Source: Antedon mediterranea
Lineage: Eukaryota > Animalia > Echinodermata
Assembly: GCF_964355755.1 (NCBI RefSeq)
Contig: NC_092679.1
Span: forward strand, 6,478,201-6,542,200
Direction: 5' to 3'
DNA length: 64,000 nucleotides
Position 1 is the first letter of the stretch; each line of letters begins with the position of its first letter. Below, piece after piece: positions 1-12,799 of the stretch. The notes below the pieces were generated by a model. That model saw nothing but the letters and a program-made list of their open reading frames with translations. It was not told the DNA's origin and did not search any database. The translations under genes were made by a program, and so were the position numbers.

Positions 1-1859
1 ATGTCAAATGTATTTTCAGGTTCAGATTTTAAAGAACAGTAAAGTTGGCGTCAGTAATATGATATTTTCATATATTAAATCAATTAATCAGATAATTGTC
101 CATGTAACAATTACGTTTTAAATTATTTTGAATTAAAATGAAATTCTACAAGTAGTAAGAACAAATCAGTATATTTGAAGGTAAACATTATATAAATAAA
201 AATGAAAAAAACAATGTAAACTTTCATGCATTGTCATGAATGTATACATATAGTTCTATCTGCTTCGACCTGATCAGAGTGTTTTAAACGCAAGGCATTG
301 GAATGTTGATCGTTGTGTCTGGAACACCTTGGCTTTTAATGCCACGGATTACCGTACGCCTTGCGTAGATAACTCCACCGTAACTCCGTGAGTCTGAACA
401 TACACTAAGTTGGCCATTGGTCATAGCCATTTCAGTGTTTTGTTTATTTTAAAACATACCGCGCGTGTGTGAAGGTACAGTAGTTAAATAATAGAAATTA
501 TACTGCAAATTAATAAAGATCAAATTAAATATACGCCATAAAGAATCAGAATATATTGTGGGGAATAGTATTATAAAATTACAAAGGGAGATTTGATGAT
601 AAGACATTTTTCGAGTGAAATCCCGATAGCTGAGTTTTATTGAGTAAGCTTGCAGGAATAACTGTAGGCTATCTTCCTGTGGATCGAGATGTCTGCCCAT
701 GTTGTAAGGCGTAATGTCTTCTTTCTTGGGCCCACTCTGTCACGGCAGTTAGTTTCAAAAGATGATTAAATTAAATAATGTATTAATAATTATTAGGATG
801 GTATTCATTTGAATAAACGCCTCTCCAATAAAACATCACTTTGAATAACCCCCCCCCCCCCAACCCAACTATCTAATAAACTTCCATCCACATATTTATA
901 ATAACACAATTATACTATTTGTAGTAGAATTCACCGCATTGTTATCTACAATTTACCAAGCATTTGTTATTCTTTTTTACCACTTTTCATATCTATTAGA
1001 GGATTTCATTTGATTATAAATGTTACCATATTATTAAAACTAAAAATGTTAACATATATCCCTCGAATAAGCACCTCCCTCAAATGACCTCCGCCTCCCC
1101 AAAGGGCCCTACCCCGCCTCCCCAAAGGGCCCTACCAAACAATAAAAACTATACTTTAAAATGTTATTAATCATCTAAAACACTGTGAAACAAAGTAGTT
1201 TAGTTTTACGAATGTCAAGCATTTTCAATAATGGTAACCGACAGAAAACGTATAAGGAGAACATTATCATTCCGAGAACCATTGTCTACACTTCCTCTAG
1301 TATTAATAATTTTTTCAATATTCATGAAGAATCATTGTATTTTTAGAAAGTTTAAAAAGCATTTACAAAACAAATACAGTACAACTAAAAATGTCATCTA
1401 CAAGAAGCAAAGCAGTGGAGTAACGGCTAGGAGCGCTCGCTGGCTAACCCAGGCCCGTAGAGAAAAAAGGGCATTCAATGTTGGAGGGCCACTTAGGGTC
1501 ATAAACCAGGGGCCTCAGACCTCTGCATTACACCACTGCTTACAAACAATATCCAAATATAAATCACCATTTCATTCATTCCTCTTCGAAGGATTTCATT
1601 TCAATTTATAATGTAGGCCTTTTGCCCTTGTATTGTGACCAAATGATCTAGTAATATTTAGATTGTGTTTTAAAAAATAGTCCTTTATTGTAACTCTATT
1701 AACATCCACTACAGCTCAAAGATCTCAGTATGCTTAATACTGTACTATATTGCATGGTTGCAGTGTGTCTATTGCTAGTTTATTCTAATTACACAGTTAT
1801 GCGCATGAGCAGCATGTTTGAGTTATTTTCTACTTCCTTCTAATTTTCGAAAAATATAA

Positions 1860-2396
1860 TTGACAGGGCGATTTGTTAATACTGGCAATGAGAAGGAAGA
1901 GGCTTCCCTGTGCTGGGGTCGAGGACGAGGTCGTGGTCGAGGTGTTAAGAATGAAATGAAATACTCCAAAATAGGGATTGCAAACAAACAGAAAATGGAG
2001 GAGGAAATTAGACAAGGGATTGTAGAAACAGACAGTTTGAATATACCACAAGCTAGCATTGATAGTACGCATGGGACAGGAAATGGCACTAGTAAGAGTG
2101 ATGATATATTGAAAGGAACTGATCATAAGACTGTGATATTCCAAGATGCTGAAGTAAGCTTAAAAGAATCTGAAAATGTCACAAAAGTAGCTGAAGAGAT
2201 ACCACCTCTTCAGGACATAGATGCTGAAATGAGTACTCCCAAACAGCCTAAAAGTGATTTACATATAAAAGTACCTCACCCTGAACAGGTTGATTCGATA
2301 ACATCACCGGATACTTTCAAGACACCTCCTGGTTTTAATCATGTAATTAATTGGGCTGAAGAAATGGAAAAATTTGATTCGGGCAATGAACTTTGA
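1860..2396 (+). other. Orphan 178-aa ORF (TTG start; GRGRGRGRG, acidic/Pro-rich, ends in NWAEEME), probably part of a retroelement remnant that ends at the hammerhead
   Basis: Long open frame in AT-rich DNA with no recognisable domain, about 290 bp upstream of a Penelope-type hammerhead motif on the same strand. Confidence 0.3.
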
Positions 2397-2675
2397 CCCC
2401 ATTGAATCGATATTTCCCAACTTATTCTAGCCTGGTTACCCTTTAATGGGTACATGCATCTGCAGCCAAAATGGAAGCATATGTTTAATGATTATGTAAT
2501 TGGACTATAATAAGTAGCTTCATGTGATTATACTAATGATTTTATCTGTATAAAGTGTTACATAACAAACCCAAAATTCCTATGCTGTTGTATGTCCATA
2601 CTACCCAGCCTCTCAGCATATGTTTCATTACTTATGTGAAATTGCGCCATTTATATCTAAACACGAAATATGCAC

Positions 2676-2716
2676 TTGCACTGATGAAGGGCTAGTGTTG
2701 CCCGAAAGCTCTGCTA
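2676..2716 (+). ncRNA. Minimal type I hammerhead ribozyme motif (Penelope-like element terminal repeat type)
   Basis: GCA-CTGATGA(2681-2687)-A-GGGC-tagtgtt-GCCC-GAAA-GC-TC-TGC. Conserved core, 4-bp helix II, palindromic AGCT in place of helix III, and GCA/TGC helix I. Confidence 0.75.
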
Positions 2717-5700
2717 ACTGTTTTGGCTGTTTTACTTATCGTTTTGATTTACCTTTTCGCTTTTTTTTTTGTATCTCCATTGAGATCCAGCCACTGATAC
2801 CCATAGCATTGTCATTTTTTCAGTAATTTGCCTTTGGATTTAAATATGAAATATGATATACATACATTTCTGCCCTTAGTACCACTCATTGGTTCTAATA
2901 ATATCTACTTGACCGTTGAAATATCCCTGTAATTTGACCAATCACAAGCGATAAGTTATCTGAAATGTAGCTTGTCAATGTCATTGGTCAATTCACTTTC
3001 GTTGAATTTGTGTCGTTGCGTTGTATTCTAGTGTGAACCATGCTTTACTAACAGGTGACCCTCAAATTTGGGAATCACTAGATATAGAGATAACTAAAAA
3101 ATCATAGTATACAGTAAATCAGGATTTTAATTATACTGTATGTTGATTTTTTGTAATTTGATTATTTTCAGACTTAATAATTAAAAAAAAAGATATGGGT
3201 GAATTTGACAGAGTGCAAGAGATGTTTCAATCAATCTTGTAACTACAAACATCCAAAAGATATATTTTTAGTTTTTAATTTTTAAACAATTTATTTTATT
3301 TCTTATCATGTGTCACAATTTTAACCTCAGGTCACATTGTCTTCATTTATATTTATTTTACCAGCCTTTAGAGACTATTAAATGTTATAATAGCATCATT
3401 GCTTGGTTTATATTGTCATACTTACATTGCGTATAGAAATGCTGGTACCATAACGAACAGATGCTAAACCATTTATTAAGATATTTTGATACTTTGGTTC
3501 CGTACTTTATTCCGCTATGTTTATGGCAATAGTTCTTACCAATAAAGAGTTAATGTGTTTATATACTTTAGTTTTATTATGGGGGTACTAATATCAAGTT
3601 CGCTATATTACCAAAAACTACCACAGCTTGTATAAAAATTTAATATAATATGGTAATATTAAGATAGTATTTAAAATGTGCATTTCAGACTTAAGGTATA
3701 GCCAAAAAAAATCCATAAAATCTTTTCTTCTTTTTTACGGCGGCACTTTGTAAAAAGTTTGATGCGCTCTATTCAATAGCCACATTTTATCCTCATAGAG
3801 CTTATTCAAGCAGCACCTATTTCATAAATTGGACTATTAAACATCAGTATGTATTTTCATGGCTAATAAATGTTTATCTAAGTATAACCATAGAGACTAA
3901 TATCTCTATAACAGCAAAAATAATTATTGGAATGTTTGAATATTTTATTTTCTTTGAACATAAATTGTTAGATTTTACAATAATGTAAGTTCATAAAAAC
4001 AAGAAAAATTAAAGAAAGGGGTAAATTCCCAAAAAGTAATGCTTGTATTAAATATGAGTACCTCATTTGTGCATACTTTATTGCAACATTAGTACAAAGT
4101 TATTACAAATAAATAGTTCTGATCTAAGAGTTTCAGTTAAATTATATTGAAAGCGAATTTAACACAATACAAATATAATCTAAATAGAAAAGGTACTGTA
4201 GGTGTTATAGCTTACTCCTCCTATCAAGACAATCTAACAACATGATGGAGACCTGGAGATCAAAGGGTTTATCTGTGACTGCGACAGTTTCACACTCCTT
4301 AACACTACAGATGAGACACATCGCACAATGGAGAATGTACATCGTGCAGTACTGTTGGTACTTGTAGCAGCAAGACATAAGATCAAAGGACTGTTATGAG
4401 TTCCTATCTTGGCAAGGCGAGATCAGTGTCCTGTTATTAAATTGCCTTGCTCCTAATAAGGGATCTCTTCCCATGAAACAAACAAGCCAATTCATTATTC
4501 AGGGAACACCCCTATTCAGAGCATCCTCTGTTGGATCTCCATATATATATAATATGTCGAACTACAAAAATAGTGAATTTTTTCATATGGTAAGCATAAT
4601 TAGACAATTTACCCACAGATGGCAAAGGCTAAGTATTGTACATGGTTCAACAATAGCAATAACACTTTGTTGTATTCCAAAGACAGTGTCCCCTTAATAG
4701 AGGTTCATTATCTTTCACTGCTTTTATATAGCATAATTTCATCAACAAATAGACTAATTAAAATATTGTCAGAATTCCCCACAGATGGCCAAGACTAATT
4801 ACTGTACATGGTTCAACAATAGCAATAATTTAAGCCTATTCAACAGAAAGAAGTGCTTAATTGCTCTTAGCTGACAAAGCCTATCATTCTTAATGATATT
4901 AGTAGTTAAGTTAAATTTTCAGATTTTTTGCCCTACTCTCTGATGTAACTTCAGGTGTGGATCAAGGCTTATTTAAATGTATTAAACAAGTAATTAGTAA
5001 TTTCAGTTTAGCTGTAAAAAGTAGAACGCACACCCCTAGTGCTACAGCTACCCACTAGATCCGAAAATTAAGAGTTGAATTCATTATCTGAGATTGATAT
5101 TTGTGGTTCAAGGAATTTATAATATATACAACTAAAAATAGATATTAAGTTGCAGATGGCTGATAGAATTTTGTGATTAAAATGTGTCACATTCATAGCT
5201 ACCTGTTGCTAAACTGTCATCAGTCAGATGGCGAAAAAGCTTGCTTAGCCTTTGATAAACTAAAATAAAAAAAACTTTGAAATATAAAATAAAACTTTGA
5301 ATAGACCAATTTTATTCACTTTTTAATACAATACACTATACAAGTTTATTCATCATAAAAATATATAATATTTATATATTATAGAACAAAAAGATAAAGT
5401 GGCATAAACAAAAGAGGCTTTTTTCCCCCAAAATTACATTTTTATCATAACTTTTTCTTTCGATCCAATTTTTGGATTAATATGTGAAATTAAAAAGCCT
5501 ATTAACGATTTGTTAGATTTTTATTTTTTTCAGCGGAAAAAATATTGTCTTTAAACTATATTGAAAAATGAAAGACAAATGTAGGCTACCGATTGTCCAC
5601 AACAAATGTTCACTCAAGAACTTATAAATGAAGAAAAGAACAAATTAGAAGTAATCCTTTTCTTTCTATCATGACACATGCTTGCTATAGGAGAACAGAT

Positions 5701-5889
5701 CATCAATATGGATAAAAACAATGTATGTATTTTAATGAAAATGAACAATACGTACATACAATACATGTAGACCTAACTATTCATTATCTTTTTCCAAACA
5801 CAACAACAGCATGCACACAGAGGAAATCTGCATGCTACAAAATTATTTTAATTAAACTACTTTATTAGTGGTAGTACAACATGAAACGA

Positions 5890-6229
5890 TCAGCGAACCA
5901 ATGGAAATGAAAATAATCAATGCGCTTGCGCATATTTTTGACAGTGGTGGTGTGGACGAATCGGAAGAGGACAAAAATATTGCGCCCCGTACTTTTGCAA
6001 ACCATTCATGTGTGAAATCCTTACGAAAAGATTAATATTCTAGGCCAAAAATAGCGAGCGAGTGGGATCGGCTGGATTTTGGGGCTGCTAGGCCTAGCCT
6101 ATAGAAAAAAAACATATAAAAACGGTGATTTTGAAAATGTTTATCGTTGGTATGCAATAAGGTTCCTGTATTGAATACATCCTAATTTTGATCGAAGAAC
6201 ATTGTTATTGAAACCGGTAGTTTTGAGGT
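5890..6229 (+). promoter_or_regulatory. Putative promoter and non-coding first exon of the NR1H gene
   Basis: Local CpG enrichment, CCAAT (~5898), NRF1-like TGCGCTTGCGCA (~5921), ETS core CGGAAG (~5962), and a strong donor GAG|GTGAGT at 6228. Confidence 0.45.
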
Positions 6230-6625
6230 GAGTTTTGTTTAACAATTGACCTGGTCCTTCTTGCTTGCCTTGCTTGTTGTGTGCTAAAATAAAACATTAA
6301 ATAGGCCTAGGGCCTAAACTAAAAGCATACCATAGTAGGTAGGCTAGCGCGGGCATAGGTCTAGATCATAGAAATAGAGTAGGCCTAGGCTAGAGTTAGT
6401 AACTACTCTCCTCTAGGCCTATTTTCATACTGCTAGTAGTCCCCTGCCAGACCACCTTTTAGGAGCCCTTACTAAGGCCTAGCCTACTTTTAATAAGACT
6501 AAAAGAGGGACCCAGGGCTAGGCCCTATAGGCTATAGCTATCTATAGTAGATAGGCTTGCCTAGTCACTATACATTTAGGCTATATTATAAAATAAATGG
6601 CCTATCTATAAATGAATATGACGAC

Positions 6626-8935
6626 GTGGAATTACAGTCGAAGCGGCCGCCAACAAAAGCGGCTGCTAGTTCAATAACGGTAATCTGTATGGAACGCCCT
6701 GTGCGCTTTGATTGTCGTTGTTTTGTAATCTTAGATATATAATGCAATACTGTAGAAAGATTCGATAGTATGTAAATGAGATATAAAGATTCGGCAATAT
6801 CGTACGTAAATTATTAATGCAATACTGCATAAAGATTCGATAGTATGTAAATGAGATATAAAGATTCGGCAATACCGTACGTAAATTATTAATGCAATAC
6901 TGTATAAAGATTTGATAGTATGTAAATGAGATATTAAGATTCGGCAATACCGTACGTAGATTATTTAATGCAATACTGTATAAAGATTTGATAGTATGTA
7001 AATGAGATATTAAGATTCGGCAATTACCGTACGTAAATTATTTAATGCAATATACTGTATAAAGATTTGATAGTATGTAAATGAGATATTAAGATTCGGC
7101 AATACCATACGTAAATTATTTAATGCAATACTGTATAAAGATTTGATAGTATGTAAATGAGATATAAAGATTCTTTTTATACTTATGCATACTGTTGCAG
7201 ATTATATCATATCCGTGTCTATTCGATCACCATATTTTTATTTCTATTTTATTTATATCCGTAATGTAGGATAATATTAAGTTTTATAATGATTATTGTT
7301 GAGGCACATCACGTGTATATTTTATTTCTAATGTTTAAAATAGTTTTTAGTAAAATGATCATTATAATGCGAGTTACTGAAATAAACCCCCGAATAGGCC
7401 ATATTGGAAATGCGCCTTCTATGATCGTGCAGCTTTTTCCCGTAACAATACGTTATTTTGCTGACGGGGTTTCCCCTTTTTAAAAAAAACGTACTTGTTA
7501 GTGTGTCAAATCATGGACAAAACATGTACGATCGTTGTCCATGGCCAGGTAAAGATGACATATATTACTAATAACCATACGTTTGAAACGTCTATAGGAG
7601 GCTTCTTGCACGTGTTTTTGTGAAACGATCCAATGAGCTATGCTCGACGCGATTATGAGATCATGTTCCGAATATGAGCACTGTTTCTATAATTTGACAG
7701 TAGGATTTATATATAATTTACGTATATACGTCGACGATACTATAGATTTTAATTTGAAAAATCTTTTATTTCTTCATTTATAATAATCATTTAATGTAAA
7801 TAATTAAGTGCAACTTAGTGTCTCACATTCATACGCCGTTCGTAAATCTAAATGTTTAAATATCAGTACAGATTACCTCTTTGAGAATCGTGTCCACCTT
7901 ATTATCCATACATTATTCTCACATCTATCATTAATTGTACATCATAGTCCTACTGTAGGGCCGGTAGATTGATTTATAACGGCATAGTATCTACATATTT
8001 TATTATTATCCTAAACCATGCTCACTTCAAAGTGGCGGATATCGAATGCAAAAATCATCATCCATGCATCATCTTCCTTTATTGCATAAACCTCCTATGC
8101 CACCCCTAAGCTGGTATAGAACGAGTTTCGTAATTAACTGTGATTAAAAAATATGCAATAGGCGCCTCTACTTGTTTAACTATTACATTATTATTTATTA
8201 TTTTCAAAACTTTAAACAGTGGCATGCCAATCTTTTCAAAAATTTGCTCAATATTCAATAAAACAAAAACAAAACATTTTTAAAACGATTTTCTAAAAGA
8301 ACACATTAAACTTCATTAAAACCTGTAAGATAAAATGAAAACACAAATTATTTATAACTAATGAGATAATATATTTACTGTCAAATAGTAGGCCTATTAT
8401 AAGAAAATCTAATATTCAAAATTAACTGAAAACATAATGAGCGTTTTCATTAAAAATTTATCTAATGCGCCATATACAAATTAGCGCGACCAAAATAAAA
8501 CGCGACCGATATCAAACGTAACTAATATGATAAAAAGCGTATCTAGCGGCGCTCCATACAAAATACCGTATGTTGATTTTATCGCGACCGATTTCAAGCG
8601 CGACCGATTTCATCTGACACCTTTAGGGGTATCACAAATAATATTTTTTTAAAGTTAGCCAGCTTTAGATATAAAATAAATCGAATAGTAAAATATATTG
8701 ATATTGATTGATATCACTACTACTAATCTATTAATCTGAAAAATTTAGAAAAAAAGCATTTATTAAAAAAATAATTAAAAGTTAATTAATGAATTTATTA
8801 ATTAGTATGTAGAATATGTGCGTATGCGCTGCATTACATTTTAATTACTCACAATACAAGCATCGGTGGTGTGCCATACAATTCGGCTTTTTAATCTGGC
8901 GACCGAGATTGTCGGCGGCCGAGATGGATCTAACC
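6626..8935. mobile_element. Degenerate non-autonomous DNA transposon related to the Mutator-like element at 33810-35873 (opposite orientation)
   Basis: Blocks 7400-7560, 8280-8360 and 8480-8535 match the reverse complement of 34560-34720, 34110-34190 and 34020-34080. GC-rich GGCGGCCG repeats occur at both ends. Ends are approximate and no TSD was found. Confidence 0.55.
6741..7173. repeat. ~75-bp tandem repeat, about 6 copies
   Basis: Unit aatgcaatactgtataaagatttgatagtatgtaaatgagatattaagattcggcaataccgtacgtaaattatt starts at 6741, 6816, 6891 and onward. Confidence 0.95.
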
Positions 8936-9238
8936 CCTACTAGTCTATAGTATTAGTCACGTTTTATATTACATAGCTAATCATAACATAAATAGGCCTA
9001 TATATCATTTAAAATTGGATTGCGTATTTTTTGTACATTATTCTTTTTTTTCTTACATTTTTTTTCTATAAAAATTTAAATGAATGGTAAGTTGTGTTTC
9101 AAAGTTAGAGAGGGTTACTTTATGTCCTAAGTGACGAAATGGTACCCCAAAGCAGCCATAAATGATGATTGAACAAGATGAAAATAGTACGTATATAAAT
9201 AATCTGGTTTTTTTGTTGTAGATTCTATTTATGGTGCT

Positions 9239-12200
9239 ATGACCTCAAAAGATGAGCAGAGTTTGAAAGGCCGCCTCTGTCTTGTTTGCGGTGATGTTGC
9301 AAATGGCGTCCATTACAATGTGCTCTCTTGCGAGGGATGCAAAAGTTTCTTTTTACGAAGCATCAAATCGGAAACCATTTTCAAATGCAATCAAAGTGGC
9401 AATTGTTCTATGGACTTGTACACTAGAAGGCATTGCCCTGCCTGCAGACTAGCCAAGTGCCGGGATCTAGGAATGACTGAATCAAGTATGCGCTGTTAAT
9501 AAACAACTATTTATTTATTTATTTCGTGTTCTTTCAGTAGGGTAGCCCTCTCAGTAATAAAATAAAAACTGGTTGGGACATGGGGGTAGAAGGTGGGGTC
9601 ATATTAGGAAATCCAGCACCAGCTGGCAGCCTCAAACTTGACGTGTATGCAACAACCATCATCACTTTTTTCAACCCACCACAACTTTCAAACTACTGTT
9701 TAAGCCAAGCTGTTAAGCTCTGTCCACACTATCAAACTAGTTTGACAAAAAAAGTGTGATGTTCTAAAACATGGTAGGGATATGACCAAATATTGTAGTG
9801 ACATGTCCGTATATGGGCACATCGCATTTTTTGTCACATAGTGAGTGTTTGATAGTGTAGACGGAGCTTTAGACACAAGACATAAAAATATAGATCAATT
9901 TTTGTTTAGTTATAACAATCTATATTGGTTTTTGGCTTAATTTTAAATCTTATTATATATTAAAGATGTAACAGTATTATCTAAAAATTCCCCAAAAAAT
10001 ATGAAAAATAAAGATTAATAAAATCGGCCATTTTTAAAAATAAAATTAATCAATAAATACAAAATCAATGTTTTCACTTATAAAATGACCAAATATACCA
10101 AAAAAAACATGGCAGCCAATTTGCTTTAAATTACAGTTTTTTTTCAGGTAAGTGAATCATCTTTTATGTGACATTAAAGTGGCATATTGAAACAAAAAAT
10201 GTTTTTTTAATAAATTTTTTCAGGGGGACAATGCCTTTAATAAAATTAAAATATCAATTGTGATGAATAATTTTTTATTATGGACTTTTAGAAGTATGGG
10301 ATCAAAGTCGATTGAATACACGGAAACCTTTGGTAAGAAAAGTAGGCAAAAACAGAAAAGAAGAACCACCAGAAATAGAGAAGCCGACAGATGCACAAAC
10401 CAAACTTGTTGAGTTATTGGAAGAGGCATACAAGATGTCCAAAAAGATCTGTAGAGAATATTTGGTAAGAAATTTTTTGTGTTTTGGTTGTTTTCTTATT
10501 TCACATAATTTATGTGAATTAATTTTACATGTTTTAATTCTTCAAAGTTGAAGAAAGCTTCATAAGTTTAATCTGAATTAATAGTTGTATGATGTGGCAT
10601 TATTTTAAAAAGGTCACGTTCATTGATGCATATTGCCTATTTTTATAAAATAACAATACAGAATATTACTATACAATTACAATATTATATTTATGTATCC
10701 TTTTGTTGCATTTAATTCAATAATCAAATTTAACCCAAGCATTTATTTACCATAGTGTGAATTAAATCTATTTATCAAAAGAGTACACCAGAAAGCCAAG
10801 CCCTTTGTTTTATTTGCACAGCTATTTGATGTGAATTTCACAATTTTAGAACACTAAGATTTTCTTATTTTGTTTCAGGAAAGAGCACCCAGTGGAAAAA
10901 ATGTTGAAAAACATATTTATGAGCCTGGAACCAGCAAAGATTTGATGAATGGTAATGTGAATACAGAAAAGTCAGAAATTGAAATCTGTCAAGAACTTAG
11001 GAAATACGCTATGGACACATTTGCAATTGTTGTTCGACAAACTATTGGGTTCAGTAGAAAAATTCCTGGGTTTTCACAACTGGAAAGTCATGACCAGGCT
11101 GTTCTGGTCCGTGCTTCTGTTATAGAATCGATGCTGTTGCGGTTATCGGAATTCTTTGTCATCGCTGAGAATAAAATTGTCAATGATCTTGGAGATACTT
11201 ATGACTTAAGAATGATGTCTAGCTTAGGTTTGCCGACATTTAGTGAATCTTCCTTTAAATTTTTGAAGCAAATAAAGTCGCTGAATTTAACAACAGCGGA
11301 GTATAGTTTAATGAATGCTGCTGCAGTATTAGCACCAGGTAATTCATATTTTTAGAGAACATGTCATAATCATTCTACTGCAGTTACTGCAGTAACTACG
11401 ACAATTTTGGGTAATCATACCCACATGTTTATCGCAGGGATTGCATCATAAGAATCTACATTGAAACAAACTAAAATGTTGCAATGGAAAAATGTAGTTA
11501 CTGCAGTAACTGAAATAACTACAGTTAATGCAATTAATACATTATTGTGGTAGGAAAATGTAGTTACTGCAGTAACTGAAATAACTACAGTTAATGCAAT
11601 TATTATTGTGGTAGGAAAATGTAGTTACTGCAGTACTTGAAATAACTACAGTTAATGCAATTAATACATTATTGTGGTAGGAAAATGTAGTTACTGCAGT
11701 AACTGAAATAACTACAGTTAATGCAATTAATACATTATAGTGGTAGGAAAATGTAGTTACTGCAGTAACTGAAATAACTACAGTTAATGCAATTAATACA
11801 TTATTGTGGTAGAAAAATGTAGTTACTGCAGTAACTGAAATAACTACAGTTAATGCAATTAATACATTATTGTGGTAGGAAAATGTAGTTACTGCAGTAA
11901 CTGAAATAACTACAGTTAATGCAATTAATAAATTATTGTGGTAGAAAAATGTAGTTACTGCAGTAACTGAAATAACTACAGTTAATGCAATTAATACATT
12001 ATTGTGGTAGGAAAATGTAGTTACTGCAGTAACTGAAATAACTACAGTTAATGCAATTAATACATTATTGTGGTAGGAAAATGTAGTTACTGCAGTAACT
12101 GAAATAACTACAGTTAATGCAATGAATACATTATTGTGGTAGGAAAATGTAGTTACTGCAGTAACTGAAATAACTACAGTCAATGCAATTAAAACATTAT

Positions 12201-12799
12201 TGTGGGGGAAAAAATAGTTACTGCAGTAGAATAATGTTGATCCCTTGTAAATATATTTGTATAATGAATTGTGTGATATTGATAATGATATGATCAGCTC
12301 TAAGGTCCTGATTGTTAACATGTTAATTATCTATAACAAAAAATTAATTTGGAGACCTGGACAACCCAAAAAAAGGCTATTATATATTATATAACCCTCT
12401 GTCTACATTATCAAACTAGTTTGCCAAAAAAAAGTGTGATGTGCCCAAATATGGTAGTGATATGACATCATCATATCCATATATGGGCACATCACATTTT
12501 TTTGTCACATAAAGATTGATAGTGTAGACAGAGATTAACACATTCTTTTTAATTTGACAGACCGAGATGAACTCATAAACACACAATTAGTAGAGGATAT
12601 CCAGTTTGAAATAATACTGTCATTGCAGGCCATAACAAAAGTGAACCATCCAGAAAAACCTACACTGTTTGCAGACCTTATTAATAAACTTGCACTTATG
12701 CGCGAAATCTCACAGATGCACCAGCAAGATATTATGAAAATGAAGTTGCTACAACAAGATTTCACTCCGCTAGTGGCAGAGCTCTTTAACGTCCATTGA
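9239..12799 (+). CDS. NR1H: Nuclear receptor of the NR1H group (LXR/FXR/EcR-like), ~372 aa. Exons 9239-9485, 10292-10464, 10879-11338, 12561-12799. A possible 7-nt upstream coding piece at 9080-9086 splices to 9222 in frame.
   Basis: C4 zinc fingers CLVCGD..HYNVLSCEGCK..CSMDLYTRRHCPACRLAKC..GM resemble LXR/FXR. LBD signature FSRKIPGFSQL..DQAVL, the PDR motif formed across a splice junction, and AF-2 tail FTPLVAELFNVH. All GT-AG junctions are phase-consistent. Confidence 0.92.
9716..9868. mobile_element. MITE family A (PIF/Harbinger-type, ~150 bp). Other copies at ~12396, 16576, 18050 (partial), 27638, 28462, 47857, 50632, 51630 (partial), 55041 and 62257.
   Basis: TIR AGCTCTGTCTACACTATCAAACT, TAA/TTA flanks, and a shared internal tgtgatgtgcccaaatatggtagtgat. 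Confidence 0.85.
9960..10240 (-). mobile_element. Kolobok-like MITE family D copy
   Basis: Ends ttaaagatgta...ggggacaatgcctttaa and matches the 58171-58515 element in reverse orientation. Confidence 0.65.
11487..12228. repeat. 66-bp intronic minisatellite (~11 copies) inside a MITE-like element (~11357-12245)
   Basis: Period of 66 bp, and each unit carries the palindrome AGTTACTGCAGTAACT. The flanks attctactgcagttact / agttactgcagtagaat are inverted. Confidence 0.95.

Noticed and set aside
6741-7173. Regularly spaced repeats resembling a CRISPR array
   Set aside because: Whole units repeat with no unique spacers, there are no cas genes, and the context is eukaryotic.
11542-12321. 259-aa hydrophobic minus-strand ORF
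   Set aside because: It is the translation of the 66-bp minisatellite inside an intron.
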